Below are positions 1-10,965 of a stretch of DNA of 64,000 bases, piece after piece. Below the pieces are notes generated by a model that did no database searches, was not told where the DNA came from, and saw nothing but the letters and a program-made list of their open reading frames with translations. Origin of the DNA: Pseudomonadota bacterium (GTDB lineage: Bacteria > Pseudomonadota > Alphaproteobacteria > Caulobacterales > Caulobacteraceae); NCBI GenBank assembly GCA_034189955.1, contig JAXHTU010000002.1, positions 2,087 through 66,086 of the forward strand, in the 5' to 3' direction. Made by a program: the position numbers and the translations under genes. How positions within the stretch are numbered: position 1 is the stretch's first letter; every line of letters begins with the position of its first letter.

Positions 1-2
1 CG

Positions 3-1067
3 GCCATCCGCGACCACGCCGATCTGGACCTGTCGGTGATCGTCACCGGCATGCATCTGTCGCCCCTGTATGGCGAGACGGTCCATGAGATCGAGGCCGC
101 CGGCCTGACCATCGCGACGCGGGTTCCCGTGCCGCTGACCCCCGCCACGGGCGCGACCATGGCCCGGAACATCGGGGCCATGACCACCGCCTTCACCGAC
201 GCGCTGGAGGCGGAGCGGCCCGACCTCGTCCTGCTGCTGGGCGACCGCGGCGAGATGCTCGCCGGCGCCGTGGCCGGCCTGCACCTGAACATCCCGGTCG
301 CGCACATCCATGGCGGCGAGCGCTCGGGCACCGTCGACGAGCCGGTGCGGCACGCCATATCCCGGCTCAGCCACCTGCATTTCACCGCCACCGAGGCGTC
401 GCGCGAGCGACTCATCCGCATGGGCGAGGCCGCCGGAAACGTCCATGTCACCGGCGCGCCCGGGCTGGATGGGCTGCTGGAACGGCCCTCGCCGGAGCGC
501 ACCGCCGTCGCCAGGGCCCATGGCCTCGATCCCGCGCGGCCCTTCGCCCTGATGGTTTATCACCCGGTGCTGCAGGAGGCCGGCACGGCGGCGACGGACG
601 CCCTGACCCTGCTGGACGCCCTCGCGCAGGCGGGGGTGCAGGTGCTGGCCCTCATGCCGAACGCCGACGCGGGCAGCGACGGGGTGCGCGAGGTGCTGAC
701 CAGGGCCGACGGCCGGCCCGGCGTCGCCGTCCGGACCCATCTGGCGCGGCCCGACTTCCTCGACGCCATGGCCACGGCCGATCTGATGGTCGGCAACTCC
801 AGCGCCGGGATCATCGAGGCCGCCAGCTTCGGCACGCCCGTTCTCAATATCGGCCCGCGCCAGAACCTGCGCGAACGCAACGCCAATGTCCTCGATGTCG
901 AGGCCCGGCCGGACGCGGTGCTGGCCGCGGTCCGAGACCGGCTGGCGCACGGTCGCTTCGCGGCGGAGAATCTGTATGGCGACGGCCGGGCCGCGTCCCG
1001 TATCGTCCGCTTGCTGGCGACCGTTCCGCTGGACCCGTCCCTGCTGCTGAAGGTCAATGGATACTGA
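3..1067 (+). CDS. neuC: UDP-N-acetylglucosamine 2-epimerase (hydrolysing), NeuC/LegG family; 5' end truncated by the window edge
   Basis: Motifs VTGMHL, LLGDRGEMLAGA, HIHGGERSGTVDE, VGNSSAGIIEA, NIGPRQNLRE, YGDGRA; frame is open from the window start. Confidence 0.9.
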   Translation, partial: AIRDHADLDLSVIVTGMHLSPLYGETVHEIEAAGLTIATRVPVPLTPATGATMARNIGAMTTAFTDALEAERPDLVLLLGDRGEMLAGAVAGLHLNIPVAHIHGGERSGTVDEPVRHAISRLSHLHFTATEASRERLIRMGEAAGNVHVTGAPGLDGLLERPSPERTAVARAHGLDPARPFALMVYHPVLQEAGTAATDALTLLDALAQAGVQVLALMPNADAGSDGVREVLTRADGRPGVAVRTHLARPDFLDAMATADLMVGNSSAGIIEAASFGTPVLNIGPRQNLRERNANVLDVEARPDAVLAAVRDRLAHGRFAAENLYGDGRAASRIVRLLATVPLDPSLLLKVNGY

Positions 1068-1069
1068 CG

Positions 1070-1686
1070 ATGATCCACCTGATCGGAACCGGAGGACATG
1101 GCAAGGTGGTGCTGGACGCCCTGCTCCTTGCCGGCATCCCGCTCGCCGGGGTGACCGCCCGTGATGGCCGCGCCGACCTGTCCGGCCGCCCCTGGATGGG
1201 ATTGCCGATCCAGACGCCCGAGATTTCGGAGCCGATGCGAGGGCACGACTTCCATGTCGCCATCGGCGACTGCGCCGCGCGCGAACGCCTGACGCAACAG
1301 GCTTCGACCGCCGGCGCCCGGGCCCTGACGGTGGTCCACCCCGACGCATCGGTATCGCCCTTCGCGACCCTGGCCGGGGGCGTGTTCGTCGCCGCCCGGG
1401 CGGTGGTCGGACCGGACGCCGGACTTGAGCAGGGCGTCATCGTCAATCACGGCGCGGTGGTCGACCACGACTGCCGCATCGGCGCCTTCACGCACGTGGC
1501 TCCGAACAGCAGCCTCGGCGGCGGCGTTCGCGTCGGCGCGCGCTGTCTCATCGGCGCCGGGGCCGTCGTCCTGCCGGGCGTGACGATCGGCGACGACGTC
1601 GTCATCGGCGCCGGCGCCGTGGTCACGCGCGACGTCGCCTCGCATCAGACCTGGGTCGGCGTGCCGGCCGCTCCGAAGGGTGTTTC

Positions 1687-1690
<4 letters not shown>
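1070..1690 (+). CDS. Sugar O/N-acetyltransferase, NeuD/PglD family (hexapeptide repeats)
   Basis: N-terminal IGTGGHGKVV, IVNHGAVVDHDC, left-handed beta-helix repeats, C-terminal WVGVPA. Confidence 0.88.
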
Positions 1691-3162
<1,472 letters not shown>

Positions 3163-3165
3163 GCC

Positions 3166-3726
3166 ATGAAGCGCCTGTTCGATGTGGTGATGGCGACGGG
3201 GGCGCTCCTGGTCCTGGCCTTGCCGATGGCGGCGGTGGCGGTGGCGGTGAAGGCCACCTCCAGCGGACCGGCCATCTATTGGTCTGACCGGGTCGGCCGG
3301 GACAACAAGCTGTTCCGCATGCCGAAATTTCGTTCGATGCGCACCGGCACCCCCGCGGTGGCGACGCATCTGCTGTCCGACACCACGGCCTGGCTGACCC
3401 CCATCGGCGCCTTCCTGCGCAAGAGCAGTCTCGACGAGCTGCCGCAGTTGTGGAGCATATTGGTCGGCGACATGTCGATCGTCGGGCCGCGCCCCGCCCT
3501 GTTCAACCAGGACGATCTGATCGAGCTGCGCACCCGCCACGGCGTGCATCGCCTTCGGCCCGGCCTTACGGGCTGGGCCCAGGTCAACGGTCGCGACGAA
3601 CTGCCGATTCCCGAGAAGGTCGCCCTGGACGCCGAATATCTTCGCCGGCAAAGCCTGCTGCTGGATCTGCGGACCATCTGGATGACGGTCGGCAAGGTCA
3701 TCCGCGCCCGGGACATATCGCACTGA
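3166..3726 (+). CDS. Monotopic phosphoglycosyl transferase (bacterial sugar transferase, PglC/CapM-like)
   Basis: KFRSM, FLRKSSLDELPQL, GDMSIVGPRP, RPGLTGWAQVNGR. Confidence 0.9.
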   Translation: MKRLFDVVMATGALLVLALPMAAVAVAVKATSSGPAIYWSDRVGRDNKLFRMPKFRSMRTGTPAVATHLLSDTTAWLTPIGAFLRKSSLDELPQLWSILVGDMSIVGPRPALFNQDDLIELRTRHGVHRLRPGLTGWAQVNGRDELPIPEKVALDAEYLRRQSLLLDLRTIWMTVGKVIRARDISH

Positions 3727-3731
3727 AGCCT

Positions 3732-3750
3732 GCCCCGCCAATGGCGGGGC
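3732..3750. terminator. GC hairpin between convergent genes
   Basis: GCCCCGCC-AAT-GGCGGGGC; no U-tract. Confidence 0.4.
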
Positions 3751-3754
3751 GTCG

Positions 3755-5701
3755 TCAGGCCCGCTTGATCGGCACCACGTCGGCCGTGCCGCGCGCCATG
3801 TCCGCCGAGACGGTGCGCACCGTGGCCAGGGTTTCGAAGATCAGGCCGCGCATCGCTTCGTCGTCGCCCGACCGCGCGGCGCGTTCCAGTTTCTCGACCG
3901 TCTTTCGCGTCATGCGCACGCCCTGGATGCGGTCGGTGACCCGCATCAGGCTGGGTCCGGTCATCTCGGCGACCTCGCTGGAATCGACCAGTTCCTCGAA
4001 CAGCTTCTCGCCGGGCCGCAGACCGGTGACCTCGATCTCGATGTCCTTGCCGACGGTCTTTCCGTAGAGACCGATCAACTGGCGGGCCAGGTCGATGATC
4101 TTCACCGGCTTGCCCATGTCCAGAACGAAGACCCCCAGCGGACCGTCCGGCTGCTGCGCCGAATGGGCCGTCGCGTGCAGCACCAGCTGCACCGCCTCGG
4201 GAATGGTCATGAAGTAACGCTCGATGTCCGGATGGGTCAGGGTGACCGGCCCGCCCCGCTCGATCTGGGCGCGGAAGGTCGGCACGACCGATCCGGCCGA
4301 GCCCAGCACATTGCCGAAACGCACGACGCTGAACCGGGTGTCGCCGGCGCTCCCCTGCTGGCTGCGGACGACCGCCTCGGCCAGGCGTTTGGTCGCCCCC
4401 ATGACGTTCGGCGGATCCACGGCCTTGTCGGTCGAGATGAACACCATGTGCTTGACCTGCGCGGCGTTGGCCGCCTCGGCCACGTTCCAGGTGCCGACGA
4501 CATTGGTCAGCACGCTTTCGCAGGGATGACGTTCCATCAACGGCACGTGCTTCAGCGCCGCGGCGTGGAAGACCACGTCCGGACGCTCGCGGGTCAGGCA
4601 GTCGTTCAGCAGGGCGGCGTTGCGGACATCGTGCAGATACTCGCGCCGCGACAGGGTCGGCCAGCGCACGCCGATCTCCTGGTCGATCCGGAAGAGGCTG
4701 AACTCGGAATTGTCCAGCAGGGCCAGATGGCCGCAGCCCAGGTTGGCGACCTGACGGCAGACTTCCGAGCCGATCGACCCGCCGGCCCCGGTGACCAGAA
4801 CCCGCTTGCCCGCCACCAGGGCCCTCAAGGGGGCGTCGTCCAGCCGGACCGGCGGACGCGCCAGCAATTCCTCCAGGGCGAACTCGCGCATGACCGGCTC
4901 GTCGGCGGCGGCGGAGCCGACCTCGACGAGACTGGGAACGCGCAACAGGCTCACGCCCCTGGCGCGCAACTGGCCCAGACGCTCGACGCCGAAGTCGGGC
5001 GGGGTGATGGAATCGTCGAGGAAGACGATGGCCGGGCTCATCCCGTGGTGCAGCAACTCGTCCAGCAGGGCGAGGGCGGCGTCGACCGAGGCCAGCACAC
5101 GCACCCCGCGCAGTTCGCGCGCCACCGCCCCGGGCGTGTCGCTGATGATGCCGACGGGGCGATAGTCGTCATCGCCGCGCGCCAGCTCGCGCAGGAAGGT
5201 GTCCGCCCGGTCCATCCGCCCGACCAGCACCAGCGGCGTGCGCTTGTCATAGACGTTCAGGAAGGGCGCGATGGCCGCCAACGCTTCCTTGTCATGGATC
5301 ATGCGCCGCAACAGCACCAGGGCCAGGGTCATGCCGATATCGAGCACGGGCAGGAACAGCAGGGTGGTGCGCGGCAGGGCCGTGCCCCGCTCGACGAAGA
5401 AGGTCAGGGCCAGAAACACCAGGGTGGAGATCAGCGAGGTCCGCACGATTCCGCCGACGTCGACGATCGAGACGTAGCGCCACAGCGCCTTGTCTGTCCG
5501 CGATACGACATCGAGGCCGAAGCCCAGCATGGCGAAGCCGAGCGCGTATATCCACGACGTCTCCACCGCATTGATAATGGAAAGCGGGGTCACGCCGTCG
5601 CCCGAGGCGAGCATGTAGGCGCCGACGACGGCCGTCACCCGAATGCCGGCGCGCGCGCCCAGTTTCAGGACCCGGACCAGGAAATGGGATAAATTGGTCA
5701 C
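3755..5701 (-). CDS. Membrane-anchored UDP-GlcNAc 4,6-dehydratase, CapD/PglF/WbpM family (start likely GTG 5701; ORF is open to 5803)
   Basis: N-terminal TM segments; VTGAGGSIGSE, FHAAALKHVP, ISTDKAVDPPNVMGATKR, VRFGNVLGSAGSV, GLRPGEKLFEEL. Confidence 0.9.
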   Translation of the reverse strand: MTNLSHFLVRVLKLGARAGIRVTAVVGAYMLASGDGVTPLSIINAVETSWIYALGFAMLGFGLDVVSRTDKALWRYVSIVDVGGIVRTSLISTLVFLALTFFVERGTALPRTTLLFLPVLDIGMTLALVLLRRMIHDKEALAAIAPFLNVYDKRTPLVLVGRMDRADTFLRELARGDDDYRPVGIISDTPGAVARELRGVRVLASVDAALALLDELLHHGMSPAIVFLDDSITPPDFGVERLGQLRARGVSLLRVPSLVEVGSAAADEPVMREFALEELLARPPVRLDDAPLRALVAGKRVLVTGAGGSIGSEVCRQVANLGCGHLALLDNSEFSLFRIDQEIGVRWPTLSRREYLHDVRNAALLNDCLTRERPDVVFHAAALKHVPLMERHPCESVLTNVVGTWNVAEAANAAQVKHMVFISTDKAVDPPNVMGATKRLAEAVVRSQQGSAGDTRFSVVRFGNVLGSAGSVVPTFRAQIERGGPVTLTHPDIERYFMTIPEAVQLVLHATAHSAQQPDGPLGVFVLDMGKPVKIIDLARQLIGLYGKTVGKDIEIEVTGLRPGEKLFEELVDSSEVAEMTGPSLMRVTDRIQGVRMTRKTVEKLERAARSGDDEAMRGLIFETLATVRTVSADMARGTADVVPIKRA

Positions 5702-6016
5702 GCCGGTCGTCTCCGCCGATTCACGAGCCCCGCCCGGTCCACTCAAATTTAAGACCGCGCGGCGCCTTTTGATGACGCCACGGGGGCTGTTTCGCCTTTC
5801 CACAATCCGTGCCGCGACGGGCGAACAGTGCCTTGCGCGCGTCTTCCGGAAAGGTGATAGGCCAACGGCGGTGCGTAATAGACGTTCCGGACAAGGGTGT
5901 CACCGGGGCGTAGCGCCGGGCAGTCGCCCCGGGAAACCGGGGTCTTGGTGAGAGGCGGGGATCGGTTTGTTCGCCACTGTTGCTGTAATGGCGCGTATAG
6001 CGACGCTGGAGGCGGA

Positions 6017-8218
6017 ATGGCGATCTATCCGGTGATCATGTGCGGCGGGGCCGGCTCGCGCCTTTGGCCGGCGTCGCGACCGGGCCGACCGAAGCAGTTT
6101 CTCTGTCTCGCCGGAAAGCAGTCCCTGTTCCAGCAAACCGCCCTCAGGGTCGCCCCCCTGGTCGAGGACGACGGCCAGTTGATCGTCGTCGCCGGCGAAC
6201 GACACGCCGGGGCGGTGGTCGAGCAGCTGGCTGCGATCGGCCTGCGAGCGACGCTCCTGCTTGAGCCCGAGGCGCGCGACTCGGGACCCGCCATGGCCGC
6301 CGCCGCCGCATGGATCGCCCGCCGCGATCCCGAGGGCGTGGCCGCCATCATCGCGTCCGATCACCATATTCCCGACGCGGCCGCTTTCCGTTCGGCCATT
6401 GTCACCGCCGCCGGGGAAGCCCGCAAAGGTCGCATCGTCACCCTCGGCGTCACGCCGACGGCGCCGTCGTCCGCCTATGGCTATATTCGTCCCGGCGGCG
6501 CCGGACTGTCGCCCGTCGACAGCTTCGTCGAAAAACCCGACGCGGCGACGGCGGCGGCCTATGTGGCCGACGGATATCTGTGGAACAGCGGCAACTTCAT
6601 CGTCCTTGCGCAGGCGCTGATGGACGAGATCGCCGTCCATGCCCCGGCGATGGGCGAGGCCGTGCTCGCGGCCCTTGAGGGCGGCGATGATCGGCGGACC
6701 GTGCGGCTGAACGAGGCTTTCCGACGCGCGCCCAAAATCTCCATCGACTATGCGGTGATGGAGAAGAGCGACCGGACGTCGGTGCTGCCGGTCGATTTCG
6801 CCTGGTCGGATCTCGGCGCCTGGGACGCGGTCCAGGCCACCGGCCTCGGCGCCTCGGGCCGGCATCTGGCGATAGACAGTCCGGACTGCCTGGTGCGGGC
6901 CCCGGCCGGGACGCTCGTGGCCACCCTCGGCGTCGCCGGGCTGGCGATTATCGTCGAACCGGACGCGGTTCTCGTCTGCGCCCTCGATCGCGCCCAGGAG
7001 GTCAAGGGCCTGGTCGACCGGGTCAAGATCGAGGCGACGGACCATGCCGACATTCCGCAGGCGACCCTCACGGCGCCCTTCGCCCGCTTCGGCGACTGGA
7101 TGCGAACCTCGGCCCTGCCCCTCTGGGCCACGCTGGGCTTCGACGAGAACGGGAGCGCGGTCGAGGTCCTGTCGACAGACGGCCGCCCCGGAGACAGCCC
7201 CCGTCGCGCCCGGGTGCAGAGCCGGCAGATCGTGGTCTTCTGCCATGCCGGCGCGCTCGGCTGGCGCGGTCCGTGGCGGTCCCGGGTGGAAGCCGGGCTC
7301 GAGCATCTGCTCGGACGCTATCTTCGCGCGGACGGCTTCGTCCGCAACGCCCTGGCGGCGGACGGGTCGATCCATGACGACACCGCCCCGCTCTACGAGC
7401 AGGCCTTCGCCCTGCTGGCGCTGTCGCAGGCCCACGCCATGGGCGTCTCGACCGACCGGTGCGAACACCACGCCGCGCGGATGCTCGACTGGCTGATGGC
7501 GACCCGGCTGCCGGCCGGCGGCTGGGAGGAAATCGGCGAGCATCGCTTCCAGGCCAACGCCAACATGCACCTGTTCGAGGCGGCCCAGGCTTGGGCGGCC
7601 CGCGGCGTCGACCCGCGATGGGACGTCGTGGCCGAAGAGATCGCCGGTCTGGCGATGGATCGCTTCATCGACCCGGCGCACGGGCTGTTGCGCGAATTCT
7701 TCGACGCCGACTGGCGGCCCGTCGCCGGTCCGGATGGGCGCCGGGTCGAACCGGGGCATCAGTTCGAATGGTGCTGGCTTCTGTCCCGTTATGGCAAGAC
7801 GCGCGGCGACACGCGGGCGCTCGCCGTCGCGCGGCGGCTGTACGCCGTCGGTCTGGAAGGCGTCGATCCGGCCCGCAAGGTGGCCGTCGACGAGTTGGAC
7901 GACACCCTCGCGGTGCGCTCCGCCCGTGCTCGGCTGTGGCCCCAGACCGAATGGCTGCGCGCCGCCCTTGTGATGGCGGCCGAAACCCAAGGCGACGCCC
8001 GCGCCCGTCATCTTGCCGAGGCGCACCAGGCGATGCAGACGCTGGACGGCTATCTTCTCGCCAACGGATCCTGGCGCGACAAACGGCGGGCCGACGGCGG
8101 CTATGTCGACGAGGCGGCGCCCGCGAGCTCGCTCTATCACATCATGGGCGCCTTCGATCAGGTGTGCCTGGCCACCGCCGAAGGCTTGCTCGCCGAGGGC
8201 TCTCAAGGGTTGCAATAG
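6017..8218 (+). CDS. manC: Mannose-1-phosphate guanylyltransferase fused to an AGE-family epimerase/isomerase
   Basis: PVIMCGGAGSRLWPASR, FVEKPD, WNSGNF, SIDYAVME, WSDLGAW; C-terminal half has RARVQSRQ, NANMHLFEA, EPGHQFEW, RLWPQTEW; ATG follows GGAGG. Confidence 0.85.
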   Translation: MAIYPVIMCGGAGSRLWPASRPGRPKQFLCLAGKQSLFQQTALRVAPLVEDDGQLIVVAGERHAGAVVEQLAAIGLRATLLLEPEARDSGPAMAAAAAWIARRDPEGVAAIIASDHHIPDAAAFRSAIVTAAGEARKGRIVTLGVTPTAPSSAYGYIRPGGAGLSPVDSFVEKPDAATAAAYVADGYLWNSGNFIVLAQALMDEIAVHAPAMGEAVLAALEGGDDRRTVRLNEAFRRAPKISIDYAVMEKSDRTSVLPVDFAWSDLGAWDAVQATGLGASGRHLAIDSPDCLVRAPAGTLVATLGVAGLAIIVEPDAVLVCALDRAQEVKGLVDRVKIEATDHADIPQATLTAPFARFGDWMRTSALPLWATLGFDENGSAVEVLSTDGRPGDSPRRARVQSRQIVVFCHAGALGWRGPWRSRVEAGLEHLLGRYLRADGFVRNALAADGSIHDDTAPLYEQAFALLALSQAHAMGVSTDRCEHHAARMLDWLMATRLPAGGWEEIGEHRFQANANMHLFEAAQAWAARGVDPRWDVVAEEIAGLAMDRFIDPAHGLLREFFDADWRPVAGPDGRRVEPGHQFEWCWLLSRYGKTRGDTRALAVARRLYAVGLEGVDPARKVAVDELDDTLAVRSARARLWPQTEWLRAALVMAAETQGDARARHLAEAHQAMQTLDGYLLANGSWRDKRRADGGYVDEAAPASSLYHIMGAFDQVCLATAEGLLAEGSQGLQ

Positions 8219-8318
8219 GGCCGCGTTTCTCGGCGCTTGACCCGCTGGCGGGTGACCGCCTCTATTCAACCGCCATTCGCGGCTCTATTAGGCCCCTTCA
8301 TAACGTCAGAGACCCCAA

Positions 8319-9113
8319 GTGATCGATCTGCACTGCCATATCCTGCCAGGGATCGACGATGGCGCGCCGGATCTCGAGACGGCGCTGGCCATGGCGCGCA
8401 TCGCCGTCGCCGACGGCATAACCGTCACCGCCTGCACGCCTCACATGATGCCGGGCTATTACGAGAACACCGCCGACGGCGTGCGCGCCGCGGTCGTCGC
8501 CCTGCAGGACGAACTCGACAAGGCTGACATTCCGCTTCGCCTCGTCACCGGGGCCGACGTCCATCTGGTTCCGGGGCTGGCCTCGGGTCTCCGGGACGGC
8601 TCCAAGCTGACCCTGGCCGACACCCGCTATTTCCTGTTCGAACCGCCCCACACCACCGCCCCGCCGCGAATGGCGGACGCCGTGTTCGACTGCATGGCGG
8701 CGGGCTTTCACCCCCTGATCACCCATCCCGAGCGGCTGCGGTGGATCGAGGATCACTATGAGCTGATGGTGCAGATGGCGGGCGCGGGCGCCTGGATGCA
8801 GATCACCGCCGGGTCGGTGACCGGCCGCTTCGGCAAGCGGACCCAATACTGGGCCGAACGCATGCTCGACGAGGGGATCGTCCACATTCTCGCCACCGAC
8901 GCCCACAACCTCAGAAGCCGGTCCCCGGTCCTGTCGGAAGCGGTCGAGGCGGTCACCCTCAGACTTGGCGAGCAGGCGGCGCTCGACATGGTGTTGACCC
9001 GCCCCCTCGCCGTGCTCGAAAATGCCATGCCCGCCTCGGTTCCCGCCGCGGTTGGCGCTCCTCGCCAGGCTTCGCGGCCCAGCTTCTTCAAACGGCTGTT
9101 CAAGGCCGCCTGA
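8319..9113 (+). CDS. CpsB/CapC-type PHP-fold protein-tyrosine phosphatase
   Basis: MIDLHCHILPGIDDG, ACTPH, ITHPER, ATDAHN. Confidence 0.9.
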   Translation: MIDLHCHILPGIDDGAPDLETALAMARIAVADGITVTACTPHMMPGYYENTADGVRAAVVALQDELDKADIPLRLVTGADVHLVPGLASGLRDGSKLTLADTRYFLFEPPHTTAPPRMADAVFDCMAAGFHPLITHPERLRWIEDHYELMVQMAGAGAWMQITAGSVTGRFGKRTQYWAERMLDEGIVHILATDAHNLRSRSPVLSEAVEAVTLRLGEQAALDMVLTRPLAVLENAMPASVPAAVGAPRQASRPSFFKRLFKAA

Positions 9114-9124
9114 AACTCAAGGTA

Positions 9125-9829
9125 ATGTCGCCCATGACGCGCGCGCTTTCGCTGGCCCTGACCGCCTCGACCCTCGTTCTCGCCGCCTGTGGCGGACCGA
9201 AAATGAACGTGGCCGAGATGACCGCCGCACAACCCTTCGATCTGCAGTCGATGTCGCCCTCGACGACGACCCTGGCCGAATACCGCATCGGCGTCGGCGA
9301 CAAGCTGAACGTCAGGGTGTTCCAGGTGGCTGACCTGTCGTTCGACGAACTGACCGTCGACAGCTCCGGCGATCTGCAGATGCCACTGATCGGCGCGGTG
9401 CGCGCCAGCGGACAGACGGCCGGAGAGTTGTCGGCGGACATCGCCCGTCGGCTCAGCGCCGACTATCTGCGCAATCCGCAGGTCACGGTCACCGTCATGG
9501 AGGCCGCGAGCCAGAAGATCACCATTGACGGCGCGGTCACCAAGCCGGGCGTCTATGAGATGCGCGGCGCCACCTCCCTGCTGCAGGCGGTGGCCATGGC
9601 CGAGGGCCCCAGCCGCGTGGCCGACCTCGAAAAGGTCGCCGTCTTCCGCACCATCGACGGCCAGCGCTCGGTCGCCCTGTTCGATCTCGCCGCCATTCGT
9701 CAGGGCCGGGCCGTGGACCCGCGCGTTCTGGGCGACGATGTGATCGTGGTCGACACGTCGCGGATGGGTGTCGCCATGCGCGAGATCGTCGGCGTCCTGC
9801 CGGCCCTCGCGATCTTCCGTCCGTACTGA
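9125..9829 (+). CDS. wza: Polysaccharide export outer-membrane lipoprotein (Wza/GumB/HfsD family)
   Basis: Lipobox LAAC; YRIGVGDKL, MPLIGAV, YLRNPQV, GAVTKPGVY, GDDVIVV. Confidence 0.85.
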   Translation: MSPMTRALSLALTASTLVLAACGGPKMNVAEMTAAQPFDLQSMSPSTTTLAEYRIGVGDKLNVRVFQVADLSFDELTVDSSGDLQMPLIGAVRASGQTAGELSADIARRLSADYLRNPQVTVTVMEAASQKITIDGAVTKPGVYEMRGATSLLQAVAMAEGPSRVADLEKVAVFRTIDGQRSVALFDLAAIRQGRAVDPRVLGDDVIVVDTSRMGVAMREIVGVLPALAIFRPY

Positions 9830-9834
9830 TCGTC

Positions 9835-10857
9835 GTGAAGGGGCGCGGAGGCCTGCTGGTCGCGGCGTCGCTGGCCCTGGCGCTGGCCACGGCCGGCTGC
9901 GGCCACCCCGGGCCGGACGCCCCCACGCCACCTCTGAGCGACAGCCCGGCCGCCCGGCTGGAGGGCCTGACGCAGCTGGACGTCCGGGTCGCCAATGTCG
10001 CCTGGCGGCTGGCGCTGGCGAACGCCGACCTGTGCCCCGTCAACCATCCGCGGGCGGGTTGGACCCTGCAATCGGCCAATCAGTACGGCGCGGAGCTGCG
10101 TCCGCTGGCCATCCGTCGATACGGCCTCGAGGGCGATCTCCCGGGCGTTCTGGCGGCGCCGCCGGACAGTCCGGCCGCGCGCGCCGGACTGGCCCCGGGC
10201 GACCTCATCCTCGCCGTCGACGGACGGACGCTGGCGCCGGGCGCGGCGGGAGCCGAGTCCTACGACGGGCTTGAAGCCAATCTGGCCGTGCTGGACGCCG
10301 CGCTTTCAAGGGGGCCGGCGCGTCTCTCGGTCCGTCGCGACGGCGTCGTGCGCGAGGTCCGGCTCGATCCGGTTCTCGCCTGCGCCAATCCGGCCGAGGT
10401 CAGGGTCGGCGGCGGGTCCGCGGCCATATCGCGGACCGGCCGAATTCTGGTGCCCGCCGACATGGCGACCCTGGCGGAGACGGACGATCAACTCGCCTTC
10501 CTGATCGCCCACGAGCTCGCCCATGCGGTTCTGGAGCATTCGCCGCCGCCGGCGCAGCCTGGAGTGCGCGGCGCGGCGAACGCCCGCCTGACCCTGCGCC
10601 GCGGACGGACGGGCGGGGCCGAGGCGGACGCCGATCGCCTCGGCCTCTATCTGCTCGCGCGGGCGGGTTTCGACGCCCGTCTCGCGACCGAATTTCTCGT
10701 GCGCTTCGCCGAACAGCAGAGCCTGCCGGATTCACCCCAGATCAGCCTGGTGAGCGGCAGTCTCTACCGCTCGCCCAACGGCCGGCGCCGGGCCTTGCAG
10801 CCGGTGATTGAGGACATCGCCGCCCGCGCGGCCGCCGGACGCGACCTCATCCCGTGA
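9835..10857 (+). CDS. Lipoprotein with a PDZ-like domain and M48-family zinc metallopeptidase domain
   Basis: Lipobox TAGC; PDZ-like SPAARAGLAPGDLILAVDG; AFLIAHELAHA (HExxH); EADADRLGLYLLARAGF. Confidence 0.8.
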   Translation: MKGRGGLLVAASLALALATAGCGHPGPDAPTPPLSDSPAARLEGLTQLDVRVANVAWRLALANADLCPVNHPRAGWTLQSANQYGAELRPLAIRRYGLEGDLPGVLAAPPDSPAARAGLAPGDLILAVDGRTLAPGAAGAESYDGLEANLAVLDAALSRGPARLSVRRDGVVREVRLDPVLACANPAEVRVGGGSAAISRTGRILVPADMATLAETDDQLAFLIAHELAHAVLEHSPPPAQPGVRGAANARLTLRRGRTGGAEADADRLGLYLLARAGFDARLATEFLVRFAEQQSLPDSPQISLVSGSLYRSPNGRRRALQPVIEDIAARAAAGRDLIP

Positions 10858-10965
10858 TCGATGCGCCTCCTCAAGCGGAATTCGTGTGCGCCGGAGGAGC
10901 CTTTGCGATATCAGCCTCCAACCTGACGGCCGGCGGTCACCGACCGCCAAACGTGTGAGCGATTT

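Noticed and set aside
5897-6016. ORF-finder N-terminal extensions (also 20316, 25926, 26101, 31946, 32440, 32903, 39013, 46270, 50698, 58178, 60128)
   Set aside because: Family similarity begins at downstream starts, several with a visible RBS; the extensions are low-complexity or run through repeats
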